Source: Eukaryota sp. GEM-RC1 (lineage: Eukaryota). Taken from it: a stretch of DNA of 64,000 nucleotides. Below the pieces are notes generated by a model that worked only from the letters and a program-made list of their open reading frames with translations, searched no databases and was not told the origin of the DNA. Made by a program: the position numbers and the translations under genes. The DNA is taken from assembly GCA_040285855.1 (NCBI GenBank), contig JAUFOQ010000001.1, forward strand, positions 3,348,001-3,412,000, written 5' to 3'. Position 1 is the first letter of the stretch, and every line of letters starts with the position of its first letter. Of this stretch, positions 24,061 through 37,208 are shown piece after piece.

Positions 24061-25265
24061 ATACAAATGAACACCAATCGGCTTATATTCCAAAGCTTCG
24101 TTTTGAAACAAGCAACTGACGCCAAATTACTGTTAGGCTCAGTGTGGAGAACATCAAGATTGATCAGTACAACTCGTATATTATGTCCTTACAGCACACA
24201 AAGAGAAAAAACCATCAGTATTGACAGCTGACAGACATGAATCCGTGGTTTGCTGAAAAAGCATACCGCGGATGTTAAAACCTTAGCTATAGGAATCCCA
24301 CAAAGACTGATGGAACGCTTCTCGTTCATTGCTACTCCCATATATGAAGATCTAGTCAATAGGGAAAGTGATTTGTTCTTTCAACGAAATCACCCGAATT
24401 GTCAATAATTTGCAGCGAACTGTAATCGAACTCTTAGACGCAACAGTGGCTGAAATTGCCACAATGACGCCTTCAGTTGTGAGAAACTGTAAAAAGACTG
24501 AAACCGAGGGTATTAATGATGAGTACTCGAGTCATTGCCACCGCCAAACATGGATGTCTTTTTGTGATTTCTAAACTTGAGGTGACTAACATGCTAACTT
24601 CTTGGTCAAGAGGATCACCAACTCTAATGTGAATATCATACCTTTGGTTATCCAGTTTCTTCCTGAAAGAGGGTTTCAATCCTTACAAAGTCTTCTTTCA
24701 GTACAGTCTGGTCTGATTCTTGATTTTTTAAGGCCCATCTTTTCAAGGCGTTGAATGACGAGCTTCATATCAGCGTGCTACTCAATTTTCAGAGCATTTA
24801 CGAAGAATTATCGATCAAGCTTTGTACTTACTTGCTTCTTTTGACTCTACAAAGTCAATGGTGATGCCTTACAGCAGTGATGCCGAAGACACTCTCATTC
24901 CACTGACTAGACAGTGACCAGATTTTAAAGATGGTTCGATATCATAAAATTCTGAACTCACATGGTGACCGTTTAGAGGTCAATAATAGACTGGTATTGT
25001 ATTTAAAAAGAACGTTCTCAACACTATAAGAGGGATGAGAGTTTCATCTAAATTACACCATCACCCTTTAAAACGCCTTATGTACTCACGCAGACTGGAG
25101 AAGAGATACTACATGCTTCATGGGCGATCTTATAGTCGTCTAAATCGATGATTGATCTCTTTCTGCATTAGAGTTTTCTATAATGTAATGTAAAGTAGAA
25201 TTATAGTTTTCATTCTTTGCTTTTTCTAGCTACATAAACCTTTGTTAGCTTTACTAGCATCAATA

Positions 25266-25736
25266 CGTATTGGCTTTTACGCTAACCCAAGTCACTACTA
25301 CCCGTATGTTATCCAACAACTATTACTACAGGTTCAGTAAAACGAAAAACTCCTCGTCCCGCCGAGGCCGCTCTACCCTGCTGATGCCGTGGACTCCTCC
25401 CTTGCAGCCCCCACCCTCAGCTCCCCTAACCGCAGGCGCCGTTTCATCCTTCCTCTGGAAGATAGCCGTCTACCTAGAAGAAGAAGTTGCCTCTAATGAA
25501 CTTCCCGAAATCCAACCATCCTTAATCACAGATTCGAACGCAGCCACGTCAGCAGGAGATATTAGTTCTCTACTTAACGCTCCTAGTATTTCCCCCGAAC
25601 AAATGTCGGACCTCCTCTCCCTAACCAACAAATTGGTAAAACACCTAGTCCCAGAAGCCAACGAAACCCACAACGCTATCATAAAAGAAGCGGCCAAAAA
25701 GCTTAAGAAATCCGCTGCCCAGTCATCATTCTCCGC
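25266..25736 (+). other. 471-bp GC-rich insert flanked by 21-bp direct repeats, containing an ORF start
   Basis: TTAGCTTTACTAGCATCAATA at 25245-25265 and 25737-25757. The ORF MPWTPPLQPPPS...KKSAAQSSFSA stops at the TAG inside the second repeat. Confidence 0.75.
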
Positions 25737-28479
25737 TTAGCTTTACTAGCATCAATAACTGCGGCTAGTAACGTCATCAATCGAATGTCATACATAATCA
25801 ATGTAGTGTAATCCAACGATAGTGTTGGTGTTGAATTTTATCAATGGTAAATAGTGGCTGTATTGTATTTGTGAAGTAGTTTTTGGAAATTCGTAATAAT
25901 GAAAATTAGCTTCCACTATAATGCATTCAATGGGAAGTTCTCCCAAAATTCATTACAAATTGAAGGTACAGAGTTGAAACAGACCACCAGTAGGCAGTAA
26001 AGCATGGAATTACTAACAGAAGAGGCTGTACAAATAGAAGATGCTGTAAGTGAATAAAGAATGAAAGAATACCTACAGAGAGGAAAGAGACAGGGAAGAA
26101 GTATATAACAGTGACTATGGTGTAATTTGAAGAAGGAATTGAATAACTTCTTAAGTTGTAAGAATACGTTGAGTGTAACAAAGTAGGATCAGAGTTGCCA
26201 CGTGTTGGAAAAGAAGCTTTGATGGAGGAATTGGACAATCCAGAGGAACATTTCAACAGAGTTGTGAAACAACGTCAGTAACTAGGAACACAATCTTGAT
26301 TGAGGGACAAAACATTTCAATCGAGTAATGAAAAATCACACCTACAAGCTCAAACTGATAGTACATAGCGTCAATAGAGAAACAAAAGTCAAAATGGCAT
26401 GGAATTAAGAGAAAGAACTGCCCAGTAGTAGTAGAAGAAGAAGAAGACACGAGGATGTATGAAGAGGCGTAGAACATCAGGAGAGAAGCGTTCAAAGTGG
26501 ACTTGATGAGTCATTGACCTACTGGTAGACTAAGTCTGGAGATTCACTTGATGACCAAACTCCTAGTCTCTTCTAGAACTTCCAACTACACACTGTACTA
26601 TCACCAAAAGTCCTCCTTCTAAACACCGTCCGGTTCTCGACAATCATGTTCTTAGAGTATCTTATTGCTTCCCTTGGTTGCCACTACTGGATCAACTGCG
26701 TACTCTCTCTCTACCAGCGGAGCTTGTGTTGTTTCCAATCCTGCTTCTCGTCGATCTTTACTTGCCCATGAGCATTGCATCGATCGCCCTCCCCCTCCCC
26801 CCTTAAGGAGAGGGAAATCACGTCATCCTTCTCCTCCAACTAGATCCTTGCAAGAGAATGAGATGATTGACGTTATACACCATGCTTTATAGAAGCCAGT
26901 TCGATCGTTCTGCCTAAAACGCTGAAGCTAAATCCCACTTCACTTCTCCTACACAATCTCTCAGAAACACTGAGGAATACTAACACTCCCCAAAAGATCA
27001 GAAGTTTTCAGAATCCTACTATCCTTTCACCTCTCTACTTCTTCACTCCAACTATCTACTTCTTCTCTCTTCCAAGGCTAGAACTCCTCTACTTATCAGT
27101 ACTTACTATTGGCTTCTACTCACTAGTGGTGAAACTAGACTAAACTTTCTCCATCAATTACTGCATTTTCTGGAGCCTTGTTTACTCTTCATTGTACTTC
27201 AACGGTTAACTTTGATTATCTTGTTATTCAATATTGAGAATGAAATCCTAATGAAAATCTCTCTTATTTTGTGATTATTGAAAAACTAATTATTTCTGAA
27301 GCTCACCTTACCACATTATCTCGAGCTCCACTGCATTTGATCTCAATTGCGTCATCGTCCACGATATAATTTCTAAGTCATTGACTCCAGTGTTACTACT
27401 CATTTCCACTTATCTGTTTCGTAAATATTATTTAGTTTAGTAAAATTGAATAGATATTGTTCAAATTTCTAGAACATTCATTAACTCTCAATTCTCTTAT
27501 GTGCACATCTCTAACTTTCAAGTCGCTGCACTTTCTCACTGTTTAATTCATGATTTGTCTTCTGAAATTGTCTTTCTTCGCTGGCTTGAAGTCTACTTTA
27601 CCAATAATCATTGTTGCCAATTCAAAACTGACTTTAACTTCAGTTTCTGGTCTTAACATTGACACTAATCTAATTTGTTCTGTCAATTCTAATGATATTT
27701 TAATTCATGGCACTGTTACTAATTCAAACTTCTCTCTTTAAGTGTTTAACTAGCACTAGTATACAGGTTCCAAGTCTACACTCAAAGTGAGGTGAAATCG
27801 ATGTCAAAACCAACACTGAACAAACTAATGCAGAAGAAACTCCGTCACTCTAGACACCCTATTGTCACTCCTTGATTTCACCTTCTGGTTAGCTATCGGA
27901 TAATGTTATAATTAACATCGTTTATTTTTAGCTATTAGAGAAACACAGTTATCACAGTCAATTACTACTAATGATACTTTATGTTGATAAATCGATGAAT
28001 CTTTGGTGAGTGAACTTTGTGATACAACATAGATTGAGTTCCAGCGTCTTTGTTTTAACATCTTAAATAACTTGATGTTATAAGCATTCAAACTGAAATT
28101 GCAAGAAGAGATCAACACATATTAATCCAGAAAAAGCCAAACATTTGTTAGTTTTATTTAAGTGATGAGGGAAGATCTTACAACTTAAACAGTAGATAGA
28201 TTCAACCTACTCATTGACATTAAAACACTAATACTAAAAGTCTAAACTGTACTAACTGCAATTCTCATCAGAAGAGGAGTATGGTATCAAGAAATCTGTT
28301 AGCAAGTATTGTAGTTCAGAACAGGACACAGTTGAATATTTAAAAAATTGACTGCGTCCACTCATTAATTAACTAAAAACAATCAGCGAGACTACAGACA
28401 ATAACCAAAAATGAACAATAAATACAAACAGAAATAGAGAATTCTGAACAAAATCAAAATATTTCAAATATTCAAACTT

Positions 28480-29841
28480 CTAACTCATTAAACAGTTACG
28501 ATCCTTCAATAAAGGATTCTGCTCAAAATCTGAAATATACCCTTGCAATCTAGCAATAACTGTAGGTAAATTGGCAGGGATGTGCTGCTTTCTACGTTCA
28601 TGATCAGCTTGTAAACTCTGGTAATACTGCAAAACATTACCTTTAATAAAATCAAACACTTTTTTGAATTGTTTACCATACACCTGACTGAGTTTAAATC
28701 CAGTCATTCGCATCAAAGTGACAAGAAACTTTGTTACAGATAGTGATCGCGTGGCAAAGTTACTTAGATACGACAATAACAGCCACAACTCAGAGAATTT
28801 GCTCTGATACAGTAGCAAAGCAATGTAGAAGTAAGCATATGCATGATTAAATGATTCAGAGATAGTACCGTCTTGATTTTGAGCTAATCTGGGGACAGTT
28901 AAAGGTTCATTTTTAAATAATTTAAATTGTAGAATTTTCCAAAGTCGACCGTGAATAGCTTTCTCGGAACTAAGCGATGTTAACAACTCATGAGTAAACA
29001 GGGCAATATGCCAAGCTCTCGAGTAATCCGAATCACGTATTCCTCTGGCAGCATACAACAAGATTGCATCAGAAATCACGTCAACAATCACGACAACGAG
29101 CTCTACAGACTTAGGATTTTGATTTCTAATTGATTGCAGAATCTGCTTCACTTCTGTAACTTTCTTTGTAGTATTTGATGCTACAACTTGACCAACACGC
29201 ATGTTGAGTTGTGAAAGAGCATCTGAGAAATGACTTCGATCAAAAGCCTGGATTTGAGAGAGTTTCGATTCAACAGTAGTCATGAGCTTCGTGGCTTCAG
29301 CTTCATGTGGAAACCTTGGGATAGGCTGTGTTGGTTGTATTGAGTCAGGCTGTGTTGGTTGTATTGAGTCAGGTTGTGGTGGTTGTGGATGAGGTCGAGG
29401 AGGTGGTAGTTGAGGTGGAGATTGCAGAGGATGTTGAGACGAAGGAGATGGTGCAGATTGTTGGGGAAGTTGTGTGGAGGAAGAAGATGGGAAAGCAAAG
29501 GAAAACGGCGTAGAAGAAGATCTTGGTAAATCTTTGGTAGAAGATTGGTCTGTTGAAGAAGGTTTAGGAATTGAAGGGCTAGATGTGGGTGGAGAGATTG
29601 TAGGAGGTTTTTGTTCGATTTTGGCTTGAGGAAGTGGTTTCTTTACTTCATAAACAAATGGTCGTATGCGATAGACATGTGGATCAATGATTTTTACTTC
29701 AACATTTTCAGTAGGGACATGAGTACTGGAGAACTGACCAGCGATTCGAAAGCTAGGTTTGCGTCGGGGCTTCGGAGGTGGAGGAGGAAGTCGAATGATC
29801 TTTTGTTTGGATTGATGTGAGGGAAAAAGGGGAAAGAGTCT
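28480..29841 (-). CDS. GLE1: Gle1-like mRNA export factor; Pro/Ser-rich N-terminal region, 5' end unresolved
   Basis: C-terminal motifs PLTVP, YFYIALL, LWLLLSYLSN, FLVTLMRMTGFKLSQVYGKQFKKVFDFIK resemble the GLE1 domain. The frame stays open upstream of ATG 29283 to about 29841 without another ATG, which implies an intron or frameshift further 5'. Confidence 0.7.
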   Translation of the reverse strand, partial: RLFPLFPSHQSKQKIIRLPPPPPKPRRKPSFRIAGQFSSTHVPTENVEVKIIDPHVYRIRPFVYEVKKPLPQAKIEQKPPTISPPTSSPSIPKPSSTDQSSTKDLPRSSSTPFSFAFPSSSSTQLPQQSAPSPSSQHPLQSPPQLPPPRPHPQPPQPDSIQPTQPDSIQPTQPIPRFPHEAEATKLMTTVESKLSQIQAFDRSHFSDALSQLNMRVGQVVASNTTKKVTEVKQILQSIRNQNPKSVELVVVIVDVISDAILLYAARGIRDSDYSRAWHIALFTHELLTSLSSEKAIHGRLWKILQFKLFKNEPLTVPRLAQNQDGTISESFNHAYAYFYIALLLYQSKFSELWLLLSYLSNFATRSLSVTKFLVTLMRMTGFKLSQVYGKQFKKVFDFIKGNVLQYYQSLQADHERRKQHIPANLPTVIARLQGYISDFEQNPLLKDRNCLMS

Positions 29842-30192
29842 TCATAAAGATCTTTCAGAAAGAAGAACTAGAAGGAAGTATGTCAATACACTAAGTACAA
29901 TGTAGTAGGCGAGCAAGACCAGATGTCTCAGCAAGAAGGACTTTCTAACAAGATCTTTCTGGAAGAATCTGGATGAAATCTTCGTCTTTTGAACATTGAT
30001 ATCTTGAAGATATCTTCATCTTCATGGTCTTTCTCGTACTTATAAAGTCACTTTCCCTCCATGGGTTGGCTCTTACTACAGTACTTCCCCTATCTGTGTG
30101 TTCTTCGTAGTGCTTGTATTTGTTATTAACAGTTTCTGTCATTGTTTTACTACTGATACCAAAGACTCAGAGTCTACAAGGAAGTTGACCCC

Positions 30193-30590
30193 ATGAATAT
30201 GTTCTACAACGACCAATCTCATCCTAACGGTCTTCCAGTTGAGTTCAATTGGTTAGACTATGAAGGAATTGTTCCTGAAGTTCGTGATCAGAAGCGATGT
30301 GGATCTTGTTATACTTTTGCTTTCACTGGTGCAATGATGGCTAGAATCCGTATTAAATCTGGCGGTAAGAAAACTCCAAATCTATTCACCCAACATATTG
30401 TTTTCTGTGGTACTTATACTCAAGGATGTGCAGGAGGGTTTGGCTATACTGTTGGTAGATTTGCCATGGAAACTGTAACAGTTGAAGAAAAACATTATCC
30501 ATATGTCGGAGTAACTGATCCATGTGATGACGTGTCAAAGTACAATCATTGGGAAGTGAAGTCTTATGGAATTGTTGGTGAACCATTTAG
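30193..30590 (+). pseudogene. Papain-family cysteine protease fragment, cathepsin C-like
   Basis: LPVEFNW...VRDQKRCGSCYTFA (catalytic Cys), ARIRIKS, QGCAGGFGY, YPY. It lacks the His/Asn half and the pro-region. Confidence 0.8.
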
Positions 30591-30844
30591 AAAATTTTTA
30601 GAGGGACTACAAGTACAACAACATGATGGTACATCCAAAAGACAATGACTCTCAACTTTTTTAAATTATATGTTATTGAGTGGTTCTAATCCGTGGGAAA
30701 AGTAACTTTTCTACACTGAGAATTCCTTAATAGTACAGACTTCTTTAAAAAAGTATAGCTTATTTATCAGTAATTACATCAAAGGTCAATATACAATAGG
30801 TTCTGGGGCAGAGAGAAAGAAGAAAGGTACCTTGTTTTGATTGT

Positions 30845-31695
30845 TTATGGGAGGAAAAAACCTAAGTCGGTGTGATATATCGTTAAATTTCCGAGTGATG
30901 TATTAAATTGTTGAGCACGAAAGTGTTTTTGTTCAGGAGTTAATTTCATGTCGTCACTAATACTTTGACAATCAGTTGGATAGGTAACCAGATTGGATCG
31001 AGATATACAATGACAAGGAAGTTCTGGTTTAGATTCAGGTACAGTTTCATTATTGACAACATCTTGAACAAACTTCTGCAAAGCTGGAAGAACTTTCATT
31101 TACTCAAGGCAAACCTTCTCATAGTCATGAATCACAAGCGTTAGCAGCTCAAGATGGAACAAATTTTGAACTACAAGTTTGCCATTTTGAGCTGATACGG
31201 CACTGATAGACATCATTGAACCTCTAAATTCTATATTCAAGTGAGATCTCTTGTACTTGTGTGAGAGTATTGATTGGTGGTGAAAACGCTTCATATTATA
31301 TACAGAATTCTGAAGTTTAGCATCTCCAGTAGTAAAGCTACGTTTAATTTCAATTGAAATGAGCATTAATTTAGACAAAGGAGTAGTTTCAGGATTTGGA
31401 TCATCAACTGGGTTATTACTTAAAAGCACCTGGAGATCTGGGTGGTCTTTGGAAGATGGTATATGAACCACTGCGACTCCCTTGATGGAACCAAACAAGC
31501 GTTTGAAGAATTCGAGGAAACAAAAAGAAATTCATTGTCCGTGTGACCATCAACGATTCCTCTCTCGTGATTAATTGAGCGAAAAGATGATGAACATGCG
31601 GTTTTAGATGCATTTGTTAATAGTTCTTTTGGCAGTGTCACGTTTAATGGACACAGATCACATTTCTTTTCAATTAACACGGAGTAAAATACCAC
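30845..31695 (-). pseudogene. Broken ORF with possible PD-(D/E)xK nuclease motif
   Basis: Three ORF pieces are joined by one frameshift (~31495) and one in-frame TAA (31100). Motif HPDLQVLL...LMLISIEIKRS. Confidence 0.4.
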
Positions 31696-32033
31696 CGTTT
31701 TTTTAGAGATATCTCACTGTATTCTTGTTTTATTTTCCAAAGCTTCAACTGTGGAGTAATCCACAGAAATTGTTAAATCCAGAAATAAATAGCCTAAAAG
31801 TTGTAGAATATGTTAGAATATTTTAATAATTAATTCGACAAAGTTTGGTCTATTATGTTTGCTGTTCGAATAGTACAACTACATTGTATCATGTTCTTTT
31901 TGAGGATTCTTGAGTACATTACAGATTTTGTCCTGGGAAATAATATAGACTGATTTTCATATCTTGTCTTCTATTTTGATATGTACTTTTGTCCTTTTCA
32001 ACTATAAATTGTTTTTATTATAGACCGATTTAA

Positions 32034-32640
32034 ATGACAAGTATTTTTCTGTTAGACATCTTTTGTAGATGCAATAAACTAAAGTCACCAAAATTTGATA
32101 TCATTACAACAACTCACGTCGCTATCAGATCTTACATGAGCTTTGTCCTCATTAAAGGACTCACAGCTAGTGTACCATTGGAGATCCGTATCATCAAAGA
32201 GACCAAAATTTGGTTCTAAAAAGGAAACTGTTCCATAAGATTTACGCATACAATATAATTGATCCCTTACAGAATCATGAACCTTGCTTCTAAAAGAAAT
32301 AAAACGGTTACAATTCAATAAATGTGTATGTGTTATAGATTGCCCACATTTACATTTCAAATTATGTGGAAGGTTATCAGGCCAAATATATGACCGTAAA
32401 CACATGTTCAATGACCAAGGGTCATCATCAAGACAAAGACCGTAAACCTGAGGGATTTGAGCAATAAGACATGAAGTAGAGATTTAGAAAGATCGCTTAA
32501 GAAGTCTGAAAAACGGGAATTTTTCCTTGGCCATTCAACACTCAACTTATCTTAAGAAAATTTTGGATGCTCTTGATTCAGTTCTTGAAGCTCCCAAAAT
32601 GAAATGCAAACGTGTGATAATGTGACTAAATAATCAAAAC
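32034..32640 (-). mobile_element. Internally deleted RLE retrotransposon fragment
   Basis: QIPQVYGLCL..., WPDNLPHNLKCKCGQSITHTHLLNC...HDSVRDQLY...FLEP, fused to the element's C-terminal tail. Confidence 0.75.
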
Positions 32641-33679
32641 CAATTATCATCGACACAATCATATTCCTTTCCAACCTTCTGTTGTATCTCAGTTAGATCA
32701 GTTCTCCACATCAATCGGACAATTGTACAGACAAGATGGGAAGAATTAGTAATTTAATTATAGAAAACGAGGTTTATGATAACACAGTAATGTGTATTAT
32801 GGTAAAATATCCGTGTTCCTGTTTTGGGATCAACTTTTTCATCAATTCTCTTTTTAACAATCTTCTCAAACTCAGAGAGACACCAAAGCTTTGTAACCTA
32901 AGTTGTCTTAGATTGAATCAATTTAAGACCTTGAGCGTCAGATCTTAGATTGAAACAAAATGACAAAGTCTGTATTCAACATATCTAGTATGTTTGAGAA
33001 CCGTCAAGGGAACATCATATTTGGTTCTCTTAAATTGTGCTGAAAAATCCAATTTTTAATCAACCGCTTAGTTACGTTTAAAGACAACTTTTATATGGTC
33101 TTCAGAATTAGTTATGTGGTATTGACCCCTTGCATTAACAGACACAACTTCGAGAGGAACCACATTTCTTAAAACAGCTCTGCTGCTGCGAATGAGAAGG
33201 TTACTGCGGAGAAGGTGAAGAAGAAATCTGTCATAAATGTAAGACGTTTGCCAGACATTTTAAGTTGTTATTCCAAAATCTCTTCTCTGATTCTGTATAG
33301 CCTTCAAGCAGCATACTGGGCAATTGCAGAGGCCATTTTGACTGTGAATCATCACAAAGGCCAATCTAAGGTAAGCTGAAAGCGTGAATTTGGGTGATTT
33401 TATCATTTTCTTTAGTGAAAAGAGATCAATGCTGACATTGTTGGGATGACTTTTGAGTTCTTTTATAGTGAGAGTTCTTACGCAAGGTAACCTCAAGAAA
33501 GGCCTCGGAATTGAGCACTTTTGGAAGTGTCATAGCCTTATCTGTACAGCATTTCCTTGCTCCGACAACAGGATAGTTCCTGTTTGATAGTTTGATTTTA
33601 TGTTTGAGTTTTTGAAACTGTTTCCCTTTGGATGGAATCAATCTGTTGATTTCCAGTAATTGTCGTTGCATTGGATCTG

Positions 33680-34380
33680 CTAAAGATTTGGTATCATCTT
33701 TGACTCCTGAAATGTGGGAATCTTTGTTCCCTGCTCATTTGAAAGAGACTCCTTTAAAAAATATTTCATCTCTACCGTCTGCTGTATGTCAACTGCAAAC
33801 AAATTGACAATTAACTTTGAACTCTTGGACTTTAATAAGCGTATTAGCTTGGCTAAAACTAATAGTCACGAGTGTTTTTTTAATTGACCTTTGTACTAGT
33901 GGATCTTCTGGATTTATTTCTCAAATTCCTAAGGTCTTTGGATTACATCTATCTGATGAAGCTTGGATGATCAATAGTTGTCGTCGTTTAGCTATTTGGC
34001 CTGTAAATTTATTAAACTATTCAACTTGCTCTTGTGGAGCCAATGGTGTTTTTCGTCATTTAATAAATTGTCGTTAGTTTATTCATCTACATGCAGTAAT
34101 TCATGATGGTGTATGTGATTTTTGTTGTTCCAGGTTTAAAGCACAAGGTTTTCACTCTAAAGTTGAACCAGTTTTAATAATCTTTCAAAAAATGAATTTT
34201 CTGATCAAAAATGAGGGGATCTCCACACTCTGTGGCTTAAACCGAGTCAATCATCAATGGATTTTACTACAGTAGATGTTTGTAACAATCTTGTGTTAGT
34301 TTGATATTAGATTCTTCTTTTCATCCGTTAACAGCTGCTGAAAAGCTCAAACACCCCAAGTATAACTCGTGTTTACTCAA
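33680..34380 (+). mobile_element. Degenerate RLE retrotransposon fragment
   Basis: SGFISQIPKVFGLHLSD...CSCGANGVFRHLINC...HDGVCD...KVEP...DFTTVDVC...AAEKLK. Confidence 0.75.
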
Positions 34381-34597
34381 AAGTTTACCTAGCTACATGG
34401 ATTATTGATGAATGATTCATCAGTTCCATTTCATCGGGATGAGTCGGGTATAACACGAGAGCAAAATACATGCATTTTTCCGTTGATTGACCTTAAAGTG
34501 GGTTATTTACTTTTGCTGAGAATTTATCCAAAACACAACACGACCATATAATTGAAACTACAAAACACTAACACAACTGAAAAATATAAACCGGATA

Positions 34598-36533
34598 TCA
34601 ACCAAATAATCGTTCTAGTTGTTTTAAAGCATACGAATCACCCAAATCTGCCGCTTTTTGATACCAGTATACAGCTTTTGAATGGTCTTTTTCAATACCT
34701 TGTCCATTTTTGTAACAATAACCAAGCCAAGTCATGGCACCTGAGTTACCCAAATCCGCAGCTTTTTGATACCAGTATACAGCTTTTGAATAGTCTTTTT
34801 CAATTCCTTGCTCATTTTTGTAACAATGACCAAGATTATACATGGCATAAGAAACGCCCAAATCTGCCGCTTTTTGAAACCAGTATACACCTTTTAATTG
34901 ATCATTTTCAATCCCTTGTCCACATTTGTAACAATACCCAAGCCAAGACATGGCAACTGGGTTACCCAAATCTGCAGCTTTTCTATACCAGTATACAGCT
35001 TTTGAATGGTCTTTTTCAATTCCTTGTCCATTTTTGTAACAATGAGCAAGTTTATACATGGCAAAAGAATTACCCAAATCTGCCGCTTTTTGGAAACCAG
35101 TATACAGCATTTGAATGGTCTTTTTCAATTCCTTGTCCATTTTTGTAACAATCACCAAGATTGGTCATGGCATCAGAGTGACCCAAATCTGCCGCTTTTT
35201 GAAACCAGTATACACCTGTTGATTGGTCTTTTTCAATTCCTTGTCCCAAGTGGTAACAAACACCAATCGCAGTCATTGCAAGTTCATCACCTAATTCTGC
35301 ATGTTTTTGACACCATTGAATAGTTTGCCCTAAGCGTGTTCTTGCGTTAGAGTTTCCCTTAGAATGAGCTTCCAAGAACCAGTGAACAGCTTGTCTTTCG
35401 TTCTTGTTTACCCCAATACCATTAAGAAAACAGTTACCCAGATTAACCATGGCTTTAGCATCATCTCGTTCTGCAGCTTCTTGGTAACCTTCAAAAGCTA
35501 ACTCATCATTACTTTTCTCTAATTGAAGATCATTTTCTAGAGAATTGTTCAACTCAGATATTTCAATGGTTCCTTGAATTTCCTTCAACTTTTTCAGTAC
35601 ATCATTAATACAAGGTCTTTCACTAGGATTAACTGAAAGACATTTTTTAATCAAGGTCAAAATTGGCACAGGAAAACCATCAGGAAAGCTCAATAAATGT
35701 CCATTTTGTTTAGCCTCAACTACTTCAAAAACTGGCATACCTTCAAAGGCAAGTCTATTGGTAAACATCTCATAAAACAATATTCCCAGACCATAAACGT
35801 CGAAAGCTGGTCCATAGATTTTACTGAAAGCTTCTGGAGGAGTGTAATTCGGAGTTACTTGGAGCGTGGATGTATAGTTATACATAGTCCGTGAAGAACC
35901 AAAATCGGCGAGCTTCACCTGTGAGTTAACTAGAATTACATTTTGGGGCTTAATGTCATGGTGGACAATTTCCTTGGAATGTAAGTACTTTACAGCGGTA
36001 CATACATCAATAGCTTGAGCAAGGGTGGTGGAGGAAAGAGATGTTGGAACTTGTAAATGTCCAGAACCAAGTTCCATCAAGATACCAATGTGCTTCGGAA
36101 GTCTGGTTATACCAAACACTCGGAGGACAAAAGGATGAGACAAAGAGGCCATGTGGGAGACTTCCTGCAAGAGTCTTGCTTCATTCTGATCAGCTTTACG
36201 GACGAGTTTCAAAGCAACTTTGGTGTCAGCCCATTCACAGAGATAAACAGTTCCGCTAATTCCACTACCCAATTCATCGTTGAGGTTGAAACTGAGGTCT
36301 TCTGACGGTATCTCGGGTAGGGCGGCGGGATTCTTAATAAAAGCGTCAACAGCTTCACGAGCAATATAGTTAGGAGCAACATCATTGATAGAGGCGTGTC
36401 TACGACAATTAGGACAATTTAGATGTTCTTCAAGCCATTGAGTAATACACGTGAGACAAAAGGAATGTCCACAGGGAAGTGTGGAAGCCTTGTCAAAGGT
36501 TAATGTGCAGATCGAGCATTCCAAATGAAGCAT
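34598..36533 (-). CDS. RING finger - TKL-like protein kinase - Sel1-like repeat protein; one frameshift at ~35095
   Basis: C3HC4 RING (CSIC...LPCGHSFCLTC...CPNC). Kinase motifs LGSGISGTVY, VALK, HHDIKPQN, DFG, YTPPE, DVYGLG. Then 36-aa Sel1 repeats (AMTWLGYCYKNGQGIEKDHSKAVYWYQKAADLG). An extra C (TTTCCAAAAAG vs TTTCAAAAAG in sister repeats) splits the two ORFs. Confidence 0.9.
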
Positions 36534-36580
36534 TGTTGAGATGAGATAAAGATTCACTAACTTTGTGGTCGGCCAAAATT

Positions 36581-36590
36581 ATCACGTGAC
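36581..36590. promoter_or_regulatory. Candidate E-box (TCACGTGA) ~50 bp upstream of the kinase ATG
   Basis: ATCACGTGAC palindromic core; support is position only. Confidence 0.25.
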
Positions 36591-36989
36591 AAGTAGACTT
36601 ACACTGAACATAACATAAATTATTGGAATTATCGAGCTCAAATAACATCGAATCAGTTAAATTGTGATCCAACTAGACTTCAAAAGGACATCAATGCATT
36701 ACAGTCACTATCCCGATTGTTTTTGATTTTTATACAAAAGAGACCTTTAATCTAAGATCATCTATTCTGTTAACTGTAACAGAATACATAAACTAAATTT
36801 TGCCACTTTAGTGAGTGAGTGTTCAACACGTTTCATCACGTTAGGAAATTGACCTTCTAATAATGTCAGTAGTAGATAAGAATGAGGACCTTTATAAGAT
36901 GAAGAGAAGATGAAACTATAGAAGAGAAAGCCAAAACTGCACGTGTTCTACAAATCAAATAAAAAGTAAATAATTGCCAAGAATTTTTG

Positions 36990-37208
36990 AAAGATTTAAC
37001 AAACATATGTTCAAAAACATCATTGATCTATCAATTAAAATAATGTGATTCAACAACTTAGAAGTGGTTTAATGAATGACAAATTTTGTAAGACTTACAC
37101 ATAGCATGTATTTGATCTCTTACATACACATTCGATAAGTTATGTAGCGATTACAACTTAATAGATGAGAAAACGTTAATTGTTTTTCACAGCGACATTG
37201 AAGATCAT
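36990..37208 (-). mobile_element. RLE retrotransposon fragment (Zn knuckle)
   Basis: NDLQCRCEKQLTFSHLLSCNRYITYR...VRDQIHAMCKSY. Confidence 0.7.

Noticed and set aside
34620..35260. 108-bp tandem repeats as a CRISPR-like array; plus-strand ORFs 34552-35148 and 35006-35323
   Set aside because: These are coding Sel1 repeats on the minus strand; the plus-strand ORFs are antisense shadows.
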